From assembly GCF_018977255.1 (NCBI RefSeq), contig NW_024704742.1, positions 62,932,001 through 62,996,000 on the forward strand: a stretch of DNA of 64,000 nt, in the 5' to 3' direction. Source of the stretch: Callorhinchus milii. Taxonomy: Eukaryota. Of this stretch, positions 1 through 11,600 are shown piece after piece. Under the pieces are notes generated by a model. That model saw nothing but the letters and a program-made list of their open reading frames with translations, had not been told where the DNA came from and did not search any database. Every line of letters starts with the position of its first letter. Within the stretch, counting starts at the first letter, position 1. The translations under genes were made by a program, and so were the position numbers.

Positions 1-570
1 TGAGAATTTCTTTGACATAGAATATAGACACAGCTGCTTTATCAAGGCTGAATATTTTGTTTTTGCAGCTTGCAAATCATTTGGAAAGTACAATTGCTGC
101 TCCGTATTCTCCGATCACCATTCAGTATTAATACTTATAATGAGACTGCAACACATCCTCACATCCCAATCTCTTCTTGACCTCACTATTCTCTCTCCCA
201 TTCGTGCTTCTCTGCCCATAGGAGAGAAGAGAGTAAAACTGAGAGGTTTTGCATTTTATTCTCTGTTATTTTATTGTATTGCATATATATTTATCCTAAA
301 TATATATGTATATATATATTTCTGAGATGCTACCCCATTGTGAAGGGTGCTGTATGAATACAAGTTGTTGTATCTTTTATATTCTGTGTTCTATATTATC
401 TTACCTTAAGTAGATCATAAATTAAAGTATGATTGGAAAATGAAACTGATGAAGTAGTCATTATTACCACCTTCTCTACACAAGGAACAAAATCCAGGTT
501 TGTGAATTGTCTGTTCTGAGGCACTTTGGACTTGTTGAATTTACCTAACAGAAAGCAGAGCACACTGCGA

Positions 571-1511
571 CAACAACAACAACAAAGTTACATTTCTCTA
601 GTGCCTTTTACATTGGGAGGACATCCCAAGGCTCTGGACAATCAGTGTTTCGGACCTGAGCTGTCCAGATTGGGGAGGGTGGAGGGCACGGGGGAAAGAG
701 GGTGACCAAAGAGGAGGGTCTTGAGATGTGTCTTGAAGGAGGCAAGGGAGGGGGCAAGGTGGAGGGATGGCGGGATGGAGTTCCAGATGGTGAGGAGCAG
801 AGTGGCTGAAGACGGGGTAGTGAAGCAGGCTGGAGCCCGCTGAACAGAGGGAGCAGGCAGGTTGGTAGGGGGTTAGGAGGTAGCAGAGGTAGAGGGGAGC
901 AAGACCATGGAGGGCTTTGAAAGTGATGACCAGGATCTTGAACTGTATCCTCTGTGTGATGGGAAGCCAGTGGAGTCTGGCAAGGATGGGGGTGATAGGG
1001 TCCATGGAGCCTGGTGCAGGATAGGACACGGGCTGCAGAGTTCTGGATGATCGAAAATCTACAGAGAGAGGAGTTAGGGAAGCCAACAAGCAGTGAGTTT
1101 GCTTAGTCGAGCCTGGATGTTATGAATGCATGTATGAGGGTCTTGGGGCCTGTGGTGTGAGACAGTGGCGGAGCCAGGCGATGTTGAGGAGGTGGGGGAA
1201 GGCAGAGTGGGTCATGGCACAGATGTGGGGTAGAAAGGACGGTTGAGGTCAAGGTCTGGACTGGCTCATGAGGTGGAGTGTGCAACCATGGATGGTGATG
1301 TTGTCAGTGTTGAGGTGCTGACGGGAGCCAATCAGGAGAGCCTCGGTCTTGTTGGCGTTCAGCTGTAGAAAGTTAGCCCTTATCCAGGACTTGATGTCTG
1401 ACAGACATTCTGTCAGGACAGCAGTGGTCCTGGAGTGGAGGCAAAGAGATAGAGATGGGTGTCATCCGCACACACGTGGAATTTGACCCCATGTCTGCAG
1501 ATGATGTCACC
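571..1511 (-). mobile_element. L2-clade LINE, 5'-truncated and decayed (RT C-terminus, 3'UTR, (TTG)n tail)
   Basis: Minus-strand peptides GDIICRHGVKFHVCADDT (YADD region), LIHAFITSRLD and PITPILARLHWLPITQRIQFKIL; tail reads (CAA)n on + at 571. Confidence 0.9.
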
Positions 1512-1787
1512 AAGAGCCTTCAGCCTCTCAGCCCCGAGGCTCTGGAACTCCATCCCCCAGTGCCTTCGCCGCTTCCTCCCTTTCCTCCTTCAAGGCCAGT
1601 CTCAGGACCTTTCTCTTTGACCGTGCCTTCAGCTCCCCTCTTGACTCTCTACCCCCTCTTCGCTCCCTCCCTTCCCTCCCCTCACCCTGACCATTTCCCC
1701 CTTGCTCGGGTCCTGACCCAACTGTCGAGCGCCTTGGAACATCCTCCCGACGTGAAAGGCGCTCTATAAATGAAATCTTGTTGTTGT
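1512..1787 (+). mobile_element. L2 3' end, young subfamily, head-to-head with the previous copy
   Basis: Ends CATCCTCCCGACGTGAAAGGCGCTCTATAAATGAAATCTTGTTGTTG; nearly identical to the minus copy at 26801-27085. Confidence 0.85.
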
Positions 1788-1904
1788 GCTGTGTGAGTTG
1801 ATCCCAGCTGTTGTATAAAACCAGCAATGGATTTTTAACCATTTCATTTTCATTGATGAAAAAGTGAACACAGATCAATCAATAGATGTACCAAGACTGT
1901 TGAG

Positions 1905-2125
1905 CAAGAGGCCATAGGTTTAGAGATGTAAAAGGCAATTTCAGGACAGACACTGGGATATAATTAACAACTGGAACAGGTCGCCAGGAAAGACATTTAA
2001 GGCCAGGACACTGGACTCATTTAAAAAGCAGCTTGATGCTGTGATGGGGGACAGGAGGGTGCGTATTCCCAAAAGATAGAACAGATAGGTCAAAGGGCCT
2101 TCTTCATTCATGCAATGATCTTATG
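1905..2125 (+). mobile_element. Old CR1 3' fragment
   Basis: TGGAACAGG...TCATTTAAAAAGCAGCTTGAT...GGGCCTTCTTCATT resembles the CR1 ORF2 end and 3'UTR seen elsewhere in the window. Confidence 0.6.
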
Positions 2126-2196
2126 AAGGCTACAGTGGGAGTGCTGCAATCATGTCTTTGAGCTGGGCTTGGGGGAAAGTCAACTACGGACTCTCC

Positions 2197-3795
2197 TCTG
2201 AGCAGTAGGCAGTGGGTAGGAGCAGTGGGAGAGGTAAGAGGCAGTGGGAGTGGGTAGGGGGTGTAGAAAGTGGGGGAGAGCAGTAGGAGTGGGTGAGGTC
2301 AGTGAGAGTAGGTAGGAGCACTTCAAGATCCTCACCCTTGTCAATAATAAATTGGTCATTTTCAATCTATGACTGTTTGTGGGACATTGCTGTGCGCAAT
2401 TGGCTGCCGCGTTCTTCCACAAATATAAAGTCAATTCACTTTACAGTGTGTTCCGTGAAGCACTTTGGGACGTCCTCCCGACGTGAAAAGCGCTATATCA
2501 AATGCAAGGATTATTATTATTATTATTGTCTTCAAATCCCTCCACTCCTCTGCACCCCCCCCTATCTCTTTGACCTTCTCTCTCCTTAAAACAGTGCCCG
2601 TTGCCTTTGTTCCTCCGGGTCTGGCCTCTTCCTTGTCCCCTGAGTCCTCTGCTCCATCCTCAGTGGCTGTGCCTTCAGCCACTGCACCCCGGGGCTCTGG
2701 AACTTCCTTCCTCACTCCCTTCGCCTCGCCCCCTCTCTTCCTATTTTCAGGTCTCTGCTGAAGACTTTCCTTTTCAATTGCACCTTTGTTCACCCTCCCC
2801 CTCCCTCTGGCTTAGTCCAGGGATCTGTTAATGTGAAGTGGTCTGAGACGCCGTCCGGCGTAGAGGGCGCTATATAGATCCAAGTTGTTGTAGTTGCTGA
2901 GCAGTGGGCAGTGGGTAGGGAGAGTGGGCAGTGGGTAGGGGCATTGGCCAGTGGGTAGGGGCAATGGAAGTGGGTAGGAGCAGTGGGCAGTGGGTAGGGG
3001 CAGTGAGAGTAGGTATGGCAGTGCGAGTGGGTAGGTGCAGTGGGCAGTGGATAGGCACAGTGGACAGTGGGTAGGGGAAGTGGGCATGGGTAGGGGCATT
3101 GGGCAGTGGGTAGAGGGAGTGGGAGTGGTTAGGAGCATTGGGAGTGGGTAGGAGCACTGGGGAGGGGCAGTGGGCAGTGGGTGGGGCAGTGGGCAGTGGG
3201 TATGGGCAATGGACAGTGGGTAGGGGCAGTGGGAGTGGATAGGGACAGAGAGAGTAGGTATGGGGCAGTGAGCAGTGTATAGGACCAGTGGGCAGTGTAT
3301 AGGGACAGTGGGTAGGGGCAGTGGGAGTGGGTAGGTGCAGTGGGCAGTGGATAGGCACAGTGGGCAGTGGGTAGGGGAAGTGGGAGTGGTTAGGAGAAGT
3401 GGGCATAGGTAGGGACATTGGGCAGTGGGTAGAGGGAGTGGGAGTGGTTAGGAGCACTTGGAGTGGATAGGGGCAGTGGGCAGTGGGAGGAACAGTGGGA
3501 ATGGGTAGGGACAGTGGGAGTGGGTAGGGACAAGGGGTAGGAGCAGTCGGAGAGGGTGGGGCAGTGAGTAGGGGCAATGGACAGTGGGTAGGGACATTGG
3601 GAGCAGGTAGAGGCATTGCAAGTGGGTAGGGGCAGTGGGAGTGGGTAGGGGCAATGGACAGTGGGTAGGGTCAGTGGTAGTGGGTGGGACCATTGGGAGT
3701 GGATAGGGACAGTGCTAGTAGGTAGGGGCAGTGGGCAGCGTATAGGGCAGTGGGCAGTGTATAGGGGTAGTGGGCAGTGGTTAGGGGCAATGGGG
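2197..3795 (+). repeat. G-rich minisatellite (GGGCAGT / GGGTAG units), interrupted at 2321-2898
   Basis: Directly visible tandem array with a strongly G-skewed + strand. Confidence 0.95.
2321..2898 (+). mobile_element. L2 3' fragment with a nested SINE 3' part (2343-2525)
   Basis: FKILTLV|FKSLH reading rejoins across the SINE. Apparent TSDs TTGTC (2338-2342/2526-2530) and GAGCA (2316-2320/2899-2903). Confidence 0.85.
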
Positions 3796-4562
3796 TTAAA
3801 ATAGTTTGCATAAGAAGAGTGGGTGAATGGGGCAAGGGCATGGAGGGATGTTCTGTTGTATTTATCAGAATAGTTTATTTTTGAATATTATGTTTGGATA
3901 GTGAATTCTGCACGATAAAATAAAACTATGAGCTATTTATTAGAATTGGTTTCAATACTCGGATCCTACATGTCCCTTTGGGAGTTAAATCTAATATTTG
4001 ATTAATGTTTTAATAGTAGATGTCTGCTCTATATGACAATAGAAGGCTGTGTGCAGGTTATAGATTTTTCAGCTGAAAATCTGTTTGGGATTTGTTTGAT
4101 GTACTAATTAGCCATAATAAGAGAAGCAACCAATTCAAAATATATCTTTTGGAGATTTTAATTCAATAGAATGTTTCTGCTTTTAATTCAGATTTGATTT
4201 TCTTCTCAGCCGGTGTTCCAGGAATTTGTGTGGGACAATCTGTTATATAAGCACCTCGGTACAACTATAAATGTAATATTCCTCCCTCCTCTCTAAATTA
4301 AATGATAAACTGAAACAGGATTTCAAACCACAAGTTTCCTCATTCAGACCAATGCAACAACAATAATGTACATTTACACAATTCCATTCAGATCAGGGGG
4401 ATGGCCCAAAATGTTTCGCAGAACTAAGTGGGAGCGAGCTGCTGGTTGTGAGGGTTGAAAGATGTGGGTGTGGGGTGTTTGAAGGGTGAGGGTTACTGGG
4501 GCAAATGAAGCTGAAAGAACAGTGACTGAGAACATGGCCGAATTTCTGCTCGTACGTAGAAT

Positions 4563-4690
4563 TTTTGTTTGGTCAGCCAGGTGTCTGACACATGCAGAAA
4601 CCCATCATTATGCTTAAGACTATACGAACCAAGCTGAGAATTCCATGCATCCCACCTACACATGGAAATGTTGAATACTGTCATGGGACA
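4563..4690 (-). repeat. Unidentified dispersed repeat 'family X', terminal fragment
   Basis: Reverse complement matches 49260-49382 and 58030-58155. Confidence 0.75.
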
Positions 4691-4731
4691 GTAATGTTCA
4701 CCAAAACTGAACAGGTCAGAAAAGAAAGTAG

Positions 4732-5177
4732 CTCCAACAACACAGCACATCCCAAGCACTGCACTGGAGTGTTGAGCAGCACTACATGAGTTCAAAGTCC
4801 TGACGTGGGGCTTTAACCCACAATCATCTGACTCAGAGACAAATATGTTACTGACTGAGCCAGGCTGACACCTTCTGGATATCTCAACCTTTGTAATTTT
4901 GCATAGCTATCTGTTATCAGCCCATTAGGCTGGCTCAGTTGGTAGCACTCTCATCTTTCAGTCAGAAGGTTGTAAGTTTAAGCCCTATATTGAGTCTTCA
5001 TTAAACTCACTGTCTAAATTGGCACTCAAGTGCAATGCTGGAGAAGTGCTGAGTTGTCTTAAGTGCTGTCCTTTGGATGAGATGATAAAGTGAGGTCTCT
5101 TCTGCTTGTTCACATGGGCATTAAAGATGTCATGGCTTTATTTGAAATGAGAACAGTGTCTCATAGTGTCCTGTCCA
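4732..5177. mobile_element. Two tRNA-derived Deu-domain SINEs head-to-head (4732-4872 -, 4917-5177 +)
   Basis: Head TGGCTCAGTTGGTAGCACTCTC...AGTCAGAAGGTTGT with box A/B-like motifs; Deu-like GGATGAGATGATAAAGTGAGGTC...AAAGATGTCATGGC. Confidence 0.75.
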
Positions 5178-5184
5178 AGAATCA

Positions 5185-5885
5185 AAGAAACATAGAAATT
5201 TACAGTGTAGAAGGAGGCCATTTTGCCCAATGAATCTGCACCAGCTCACAGAGCAAGTAGATCAATTTAATCCCAGCCACCCAGCCTTATCCTGAAACCC
5301 CTTCAAGCCTCTCTCTTTCCTACTTCCCTCTCTCTTGTCTACTTCCCTTTTGAAAGCTACAATGCACTCCGTCTCTAGCACTCTACTTGGCAGGACATTC
5401 CACATCCTAACAATTTTCTGGGTGAAAAGAAATACCTTCTAAGTTTTCCTTTCATTGTTCTTGTGACAATCTTATAATGATGTCCCCGAGTCACTGACTC
5501 CTCTATCAATAGAAATAACTTCTTCCTCTTTATCCTGTCAAAATCCCTCATTANTTTTTAACACTTCTATCATGTCCCCCCTTAACCTTCTCTGCTCCAA
5601 TGAAAACAGACCCAGCTTCTTAGATCTCTCCTCATAACTGCAGCCTTTCATCCCCAGAATAATTTAAAGAGTAAACCTCCTCTGCACCCCTCTAAGGTCT
5701 TAAAAACTTTCCTAAAGTGAGGTGTCCAAAACTGGATGCAATACTCCAATAGCAACCTAACATTTTGCTTCTTTAAACTTCACTTGCCACTGATCAGCCG
5801 ATTGCACTCATCTGTTTCAATCCTCCTGAAGTCATTTGCCATCCTCATCACTATTCACTATTCATTATACTTCCGAGCTTGTTGT
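5185..5885 (-). mobile_element. CR1 3' fragment, decayed
   Basis: Reverse complement contains TATTGCATCCAGTTTTGGACACCTCAC (YCIQFWTPH) and a CR1-type 3'UTR. Confidence 0.8.
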
Positions 5886-6427
5886 CTATGATGAAGGATC
5901 ACATATGAATGAGATAATGATTGACCATCAGTACATTTCCTGAATTTAATTTCATAATTCCAGTTTTTGCTGAAGTTTGTTTAATCTTACCATGTTGTTA
6001 TTAATTGATCAAAGTCTTTATTAGAAGATTAATAAGATGGGACTCTGTTGCTGCATTATTTGGGTAATGGCTATTTCAATACAGGGAGAATCAACCCTAA
6101 ATCTAATCATAGAGTTGCTGAGAGCATTATTGTGATGACATTTTGTTTGTTTCTGTATTGAATATTGCATTTGTTTCGTTAGCTCTGGAGACAATAATGA
6201 TTGATATTTTATGATGTGATTATGGAATGACCTTTTCATGGCAAAGTACTTATTCATATCCATCAGACATGCAAGAGAGAGCATTCTCATTAATTATACT
6301 ATTCACAGTTATATCAGAACAACAACGATAACAAGTTACATATATATAGCATCTTTCACATCAACAACAACAACAAGATTACATTTGTATAGCGCTTTTC
6401 ATGTCGGAAGGATGTCCCAAGGCACTG

Positions 6428-6462
6428 AAAAATATGGAACACTTCACAAATTTGAGTGTCAT
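6428..6462 (-). pseudogene. RNU6: U6 snRNA 3'-terminal fragment fused to an L2 tail (6363-6427)
   Basis: Minus strand ATGACACTCAAATTTGTGAAGTGTTCCATATTTTT versus canonical vertebrate U6 ATGACACGCAAATTCGTGAAGCGTTCCATATTTTT: 32/35 identical, two differences are CpG transitions. Confidence 0.9.
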
Positions 6463-7039
6463 GTCATCGTGTGGATGTCTCAAAGTGCTTGGAGATTACA
6501 AAAACATAACTTTGTGGACATAGGACAAATAATAATAATCATAATCCTTGCATTTGATATAGCATCTTATCACATCATTGAGGCGTCTCAAAGTGTTTCT
6601 TAGAAGATATTGTACAGTGAATTGACTGTGTACTCTGTGGGGAAAAAAAGTCAATTCACTTTACAATATATGACTTTTTTCTGTATGAAAACAAATTCAA
6701 TGTACGAGACTATACTTCATACTATTTTCCTACTCCATCCAAAGTTCTGTCCTCTTCTAAGCAGTGAGGACAATAGGTAATTTACATTTCTCATTGTAAA
6801 TAAATACAGGTAAATAGGGAGCAGCTGCTCTCCTTGTTTTACTATCGCTTCTTTCCTTTATGTCTTCTCTACCCTTTTCTGTTCCCTGCAATAAGAAAGT
6901 TAAAACTTTCCTATTGGCATTTACTCTTTATTTCCTGCTTGAATTAGTAATACATAAGAGAATATGGCTCCTCTTGTTGACTCAGTTACAGTGGTCAGAC
7001 CAGTTTGGGTTGAGGCAATGTAAAATGGGCATCTAAAAC

Positions 7040-7390
7040 AACAACAACATCTTGCATTTATATAACACCCTTCATGTAGGGTAGCATCCCAGAGCGCTTG
7101 ATACTTGACAGCAAAATGCTGATCTATCGGTTGGCGGGGAGGTGACCGTAGGCACAGTTGAATAGGAAGGGGCAAGGCAGAGGGATAGAGGAAGAGTGTG
7201 CCAGAGTTTTGGGCCATAGTGGCTAAAAGCATGGCCACCAATGGTGAAACGGAAGATACAAGGGACATGCAGAAGGCCAGAGCCAGTTAAGTGGAGGCAG
7301 GAGTTGTGGATTAGTGGGTAAGCAATTCGGAGAGGTAGGGAGGTGCCAGGGCATGAAAGGATTTGAAGATGAGTGTAAGGATCTATCTGA
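7040..7390 (-). mobile_element. L2 3' fragment, second tail type
   Basis: Tail CTGGGATGCTACCCTACATGAAGGGTGTTATATAAATGCAAGATGTTGTTG on minus. Confidence 0.75.
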
Positions 7391-7682
7391 AATCTGCTCT
7401 GTATTAATTAATGTGTTGTGCTGTGAAATTCACCAGAAAGCTAATCCAGTTTGGTTTGTTAAAATAGAAAATTAGTCATCAAAGATTCAAATTTGAATGC
7501 TAGGGACATGACTCCAAATCAGGCACCATTATAGGTAATTTAACCTGAAACGCTAAATCACCTTTGCTCATAGTTGAAGATCTTCATCTGTCGATTACAT
7601 ATTTATCACGCAATGCAGGACAGTTTCTAATGTGGAGCAAGGATGGAAAATAAAATAAGGAAACATGGCAGAAATATGGGTA

Positions 7683-7825
7683 AACAAAACATAAGATGCT
7701 GGAAATCTGAAAATAAACAGAAGTCACTGGGAACACCAGCAGGTCAGGCAGCATCTATGGAGAAAGCAAAATCAGTCAACATTTCGGGTCCACGATTGTT
7801 CGTCAGGTTCTGTTTTTGTTTTCCA
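7683..7825 (-). mobile_element. Penelope-like element terminal repeat fragment with hammerhead core motifs
   Basis: Minus: CTGACGA-ACAATCGTGGACCC-GAAATGTTGACTGA...GATGCTGCCTGACCTGCTGG; same family as 34497-34740. Confidence 0.65.
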
Positions 7826-8734
7826 AAATATGGGTGGCAGTCTTAGTGAGAACTTAGAGGTGACAATGCGACTTAGTCATAACTCAGAGTTGACAACTAG
7901 AGCCTAGAAAGCCCATCAATGATGCCTTCCGAAGCAGCAGTAAAATAAATAGTCAATCATGTTTCTCATTATTGGCACAATGTGATACTTAGACCAAAAT
8001 ACCAGTTTGATGTATTACCACAGGATCAGAACTAGATAATATCACTTTACAATTAACGTTCCTCAAGGCAAGACTGGAAGTTAGAACAGACTAAATAGCC
8101 TTCCTCTGTTCCTGTTTTTCCTACATTCCTTATTTTGTCTCACAAAAGCAGTAGATATGTCGCTTATTATTCTCAGTCAATTACATCCTTAAAATATAAC
8201 AGAATAAGTATCTGTTAGATATCTGAATTGTGAAGATGTTGGACGGATGAATGCTTTGGTTTAATTTTGGTACATTTTTACAATGTACCTATAAAGAACT
8301 TCTCTAAGAAATAGAGTGGATAGACTATATAACGCGTTGGATTGATTGATCCATTTAAATAGGACAATTGTGTGCTAGTTTGCTCAGTTATTAACACTCT
8401 CATTTCTGCGTCAAATGTTATGGATTGAAGCTGCATGTTTGACCCTAGTTCGAAGGGTTGCAATCCATTCCAGTAACCGGGAAGCACTGGATTGTCAGAC
8501 ATACTGATTTTCAATGAGATTTTTAATTGATCTAGTTAACGCGATTTAGTAAGTGCACAGAAACACCTCAGGTTGGAACATTGTTCAAACCATCAAACCA
8601 TGTTATAAATGTGACCTGTTCTGATAAGATGTTTGCCAAATCCATGTGATTGACATTTGTGAATGCATTACTCCTGTGGTCTCTTTTCTCTAACTTTAAG
8701 CACAGGATAAACCCGATGTAGAGTATCGGGGTAA

Positions 8735-9960
8735 TAATAATAGTCATAATACATTTGTTATAGTGGCTTTCACGTCAGGAAGACATATTGTAAAATGCAG
8801 TGACTGTGTGCTTTGTTGGCGAACATGGCACCAATTTGGACACAGCAATGTCCCACAAACAACCAAAAAGTCAATGATTCATTTTATTTGAGGGATTGTT
8901 GGCCAGGACACCGGGACAAACTCCCTTCTTTTTAGAATAGTGCAATGGGATCTTTGCAATAGGAACAGGCAGACAGGACCTTGGTTTGCTGTCTTATCCA
9001 AAGGACAGTACCTTCCAACAATGAAACACAACCCCAGCGCTGCAGTGGAGTGTTATCTTAGACCATGCCAGTTCCAAGATGACATTCCAATGCAGTGCTA
9101 GGGTGCGCTGCATTGTTGGAGCTGCATTGGGTGTCACCAAGACTTCAAAGAGGATTGGAATCTTTGTCAGCAAATCAATATATGATAGTGCCCATGTTTA
9201 CATAGTACAGAGAATTGTTAATAATAAACTGGCATTTGATGTAGTGCCTTATCAAAGCGCTTCACAGGATTTACTGTAAAGTGGTGGGACTATGTGTATT
9301 TTTGGGGCAAACACAGCAGTCAGTTTTGCACACAGCAATGTCAATTGATATTGCTATATGATTAAAATTTCGGACATTGTACCTGGCCATCATGATAAGC
9401 AGAAAAACAATAACCTAACCCTGCCTCTTTTCTCTTCTGGTAATAATCCTGAATTCATGTCCTCTTGTTCTTTACTTGATCATCTTGATATATTCCCTCT
9501 CTCTATTTACCTTATTATTTAGAAAATTTCTATTACATAGCATACATAGTCAGAACATCGTGGGTTTAAGCCCCATGTTAGGATTTTGAACTCACATTGT
9601 GCAGGCTAACACTCCAATGCAGTGCTGTGGGAGGGCGGTGTCCGATTGTTGCCTTATTGGAAATGCTGTCCTTCAGATGAGACATTAAAACCAAGATCCC
9701 AGCTGCCTGTTCAGGTAGATAATAAATATTCCGTGCATCTGAGATGGTAAAGAACCCTTAGCACTATTCGAGAAGCAAAGGTGTCCTGGCCAATAATGCA
9801 CCAAATAAATGTGGTTATTTACTTCATGGCTGATTGTGTCCAAATTGATCATTGAGTTCGCTTACAAAATGCACAGTCATACCTTCCAGTGTATTCTGTG
9901 AAGTGCTTTGAGATGTCCTTCCGATGTGAAAGGTGCTACATCAAATGCAGGGATTTTCTT
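8735..9960. mobile_element. Cluster of decayed Deu-domain SINEs (about 8735-9075 -, 9220-9345 -, 9550-9960 +)
   Basis: Shared blocks GATGAGACATTAAAACCAAG, GGTGTCCTGGCCAA and GTGAAGTGCTTTGAGA. Confidence 0.7.
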
Positions 9961-10769
9961 TTACTTAGAGTGAACAATAAGGAATCCGCAGCAGCTGATC
10001 TGCTCAGTACAATTATAAAAGTATCAACAGGTAGATTGAAGGAGCGGCTAACTTCCTGAGTGATCATTGTGTGCCTCATGAGTCCAGAAGTGCTATAAGT
10101 GTAGATTTTCTGCTGGTGATAGTGGTTTTGAAGGGAAGAATAGATGTAGCAAGCTAAAATAACTCAGAACTGCATCAAATTGCCTGTCAAGACAAATGAA
10201 CTACAGCTTCACAGTCTCAGTAACTCTCCATGGGATCCTGCAACAATTACTGAAATATATGGCATTAAAACTTAGATAGACTTTTGATTTCATTGTTGCT
10301 AATGATGATTTACTGTATTTTGCTGCTCAGTTACAAAACCCTTGATGGAGCAATTTACTCATGAGACAATTTCTTCTTGAAAACAGCTTTCATTTATCAG
10401 CCTCTCACACAGAACACAGGATCCAGCATCCCATGCACAGCACAAAAAAAAATTGACCCTGAAAATTCTCCTCCAATTTCTTTTGGAACAAAACTCGAAA
10501 GATTGCAGCTGTCAACATTATCCACTAGATGGCACAAAGTAAGTCTCCACAAAAGCATTCAAGATGGTGAACATTGCAGATGAGGTGTGACAATTTTCAC
10601 AGCTAGGAATTATTTTCACCCCAACGAGAGAAATAAGTATAGTCCTCTGCTTCATGTTACATCCCAAATTCTCTGTTCTTGCTTGTAGTCTAGACTAACA
10701 TTCCAATGCAGTGCTGGAGGAGTGCTGCATTCCTAGAGGTGCTGCTTTTCAATGAGAAAGTCCCAAAGT

Positions 10770-11130
10770 TCTTCACATAGCTGACTGGCATCCTGAGTGT
10801 GGGAGAGAGGAGTGAAAAGGTGACCAAAAGTGCAATCTTAAATCAGGCAAATTGGAAGGACTCTGGAATAGAATTCCAGTGAGCTGAGGCAGAAAGGCTG
10901 AAAGCTTACCCTCTGATGACAATGTAGATCAGGCAGGGAACTTGAATTAAGCTGATATTCACAGGGTATTCTGGGGCAGTAGGGTTGCATGAGATCATGA
11001 AGGAAGGATGGGGTGAAGTGGTGCAGAGATTTTAACGTGAGAATGAAGCTTCGGAATTCAATCACCTGGGGATTGGGGAAGTAGGGAAGCCGAGTGAGGA
11101 TGGGGGTGATATGCTCACGGAGCCTGATGC
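10770..11130 (-). mobile_element. Old L2 3' fragment
   Basis: Minus peptide IEFRSFILTLKSLHHFTPSFL resembles the L2 IxFKILxLTFKALHGLAPxYL motif. Confidence 0.6.
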
Positions 11131-11256
11131 AGGAGAGGACCTCAAACTAAGAGTATGAGACAGTACAGTAAGTTTTGATTGCAACATGATAGATATATGG
11201 AGGAGAAGGGAATGTGAAGAACAATATGTGGAGTTTGGGAGGAGCAATAGAATTAT

Positions 11257-11493
11257 TGTTCTGGACAAGTTACAAGGATGTTGTCATACAAAGCGATTTC
11301 TCATGAGTGATCCTTCCATCACTGTGGGTCACTATTCTTTCTCTCCATTACTACATTCTACATTAACAATTACTAAAATTGAGAAAATGAAGAATGTAGT
11401 GATGGAGGGAAAGTATAGTGACCCACAGTGATGGAAGGATCACTCATGAGAAATCATTTTGTATGACAACATCCTTGTAACTTGTCCAGAACA
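11257..11493. repeat. Near-perfect inverted repeat (about 107-bp arms, about 23-nt spacer); fold-back or MITE-like
   Basis: TGTTCTGGACAAGTTACAAGGATGTTGTCATACAAA... pairs with ...TTTGTATGACAACATCCTTGTAACTTGTCCAGAACA. Confidence 0.9.
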
Positions 11494-11600
11494 GCAAGAA
11501 CAGGATTTATAGACATTTGAGCGTAATCCAAGCCTAGGAACTCGAACCTTATTGAGAGTTAAATAGCACGGAGAAAAGCAATATTCAGCATAGATTTACA

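Noticed and set aside
571..1787. Twin-primed 5' inversion of a single L2
   Set aside because: Both halves have their own 3' tails and differ in subfamily, so they are two insertions.
2812..3693. Pro/Thr/His/Cys-rich ORFs up to 248 aa
   Set aside because: By-products of the minisatellite's stop-free strand.
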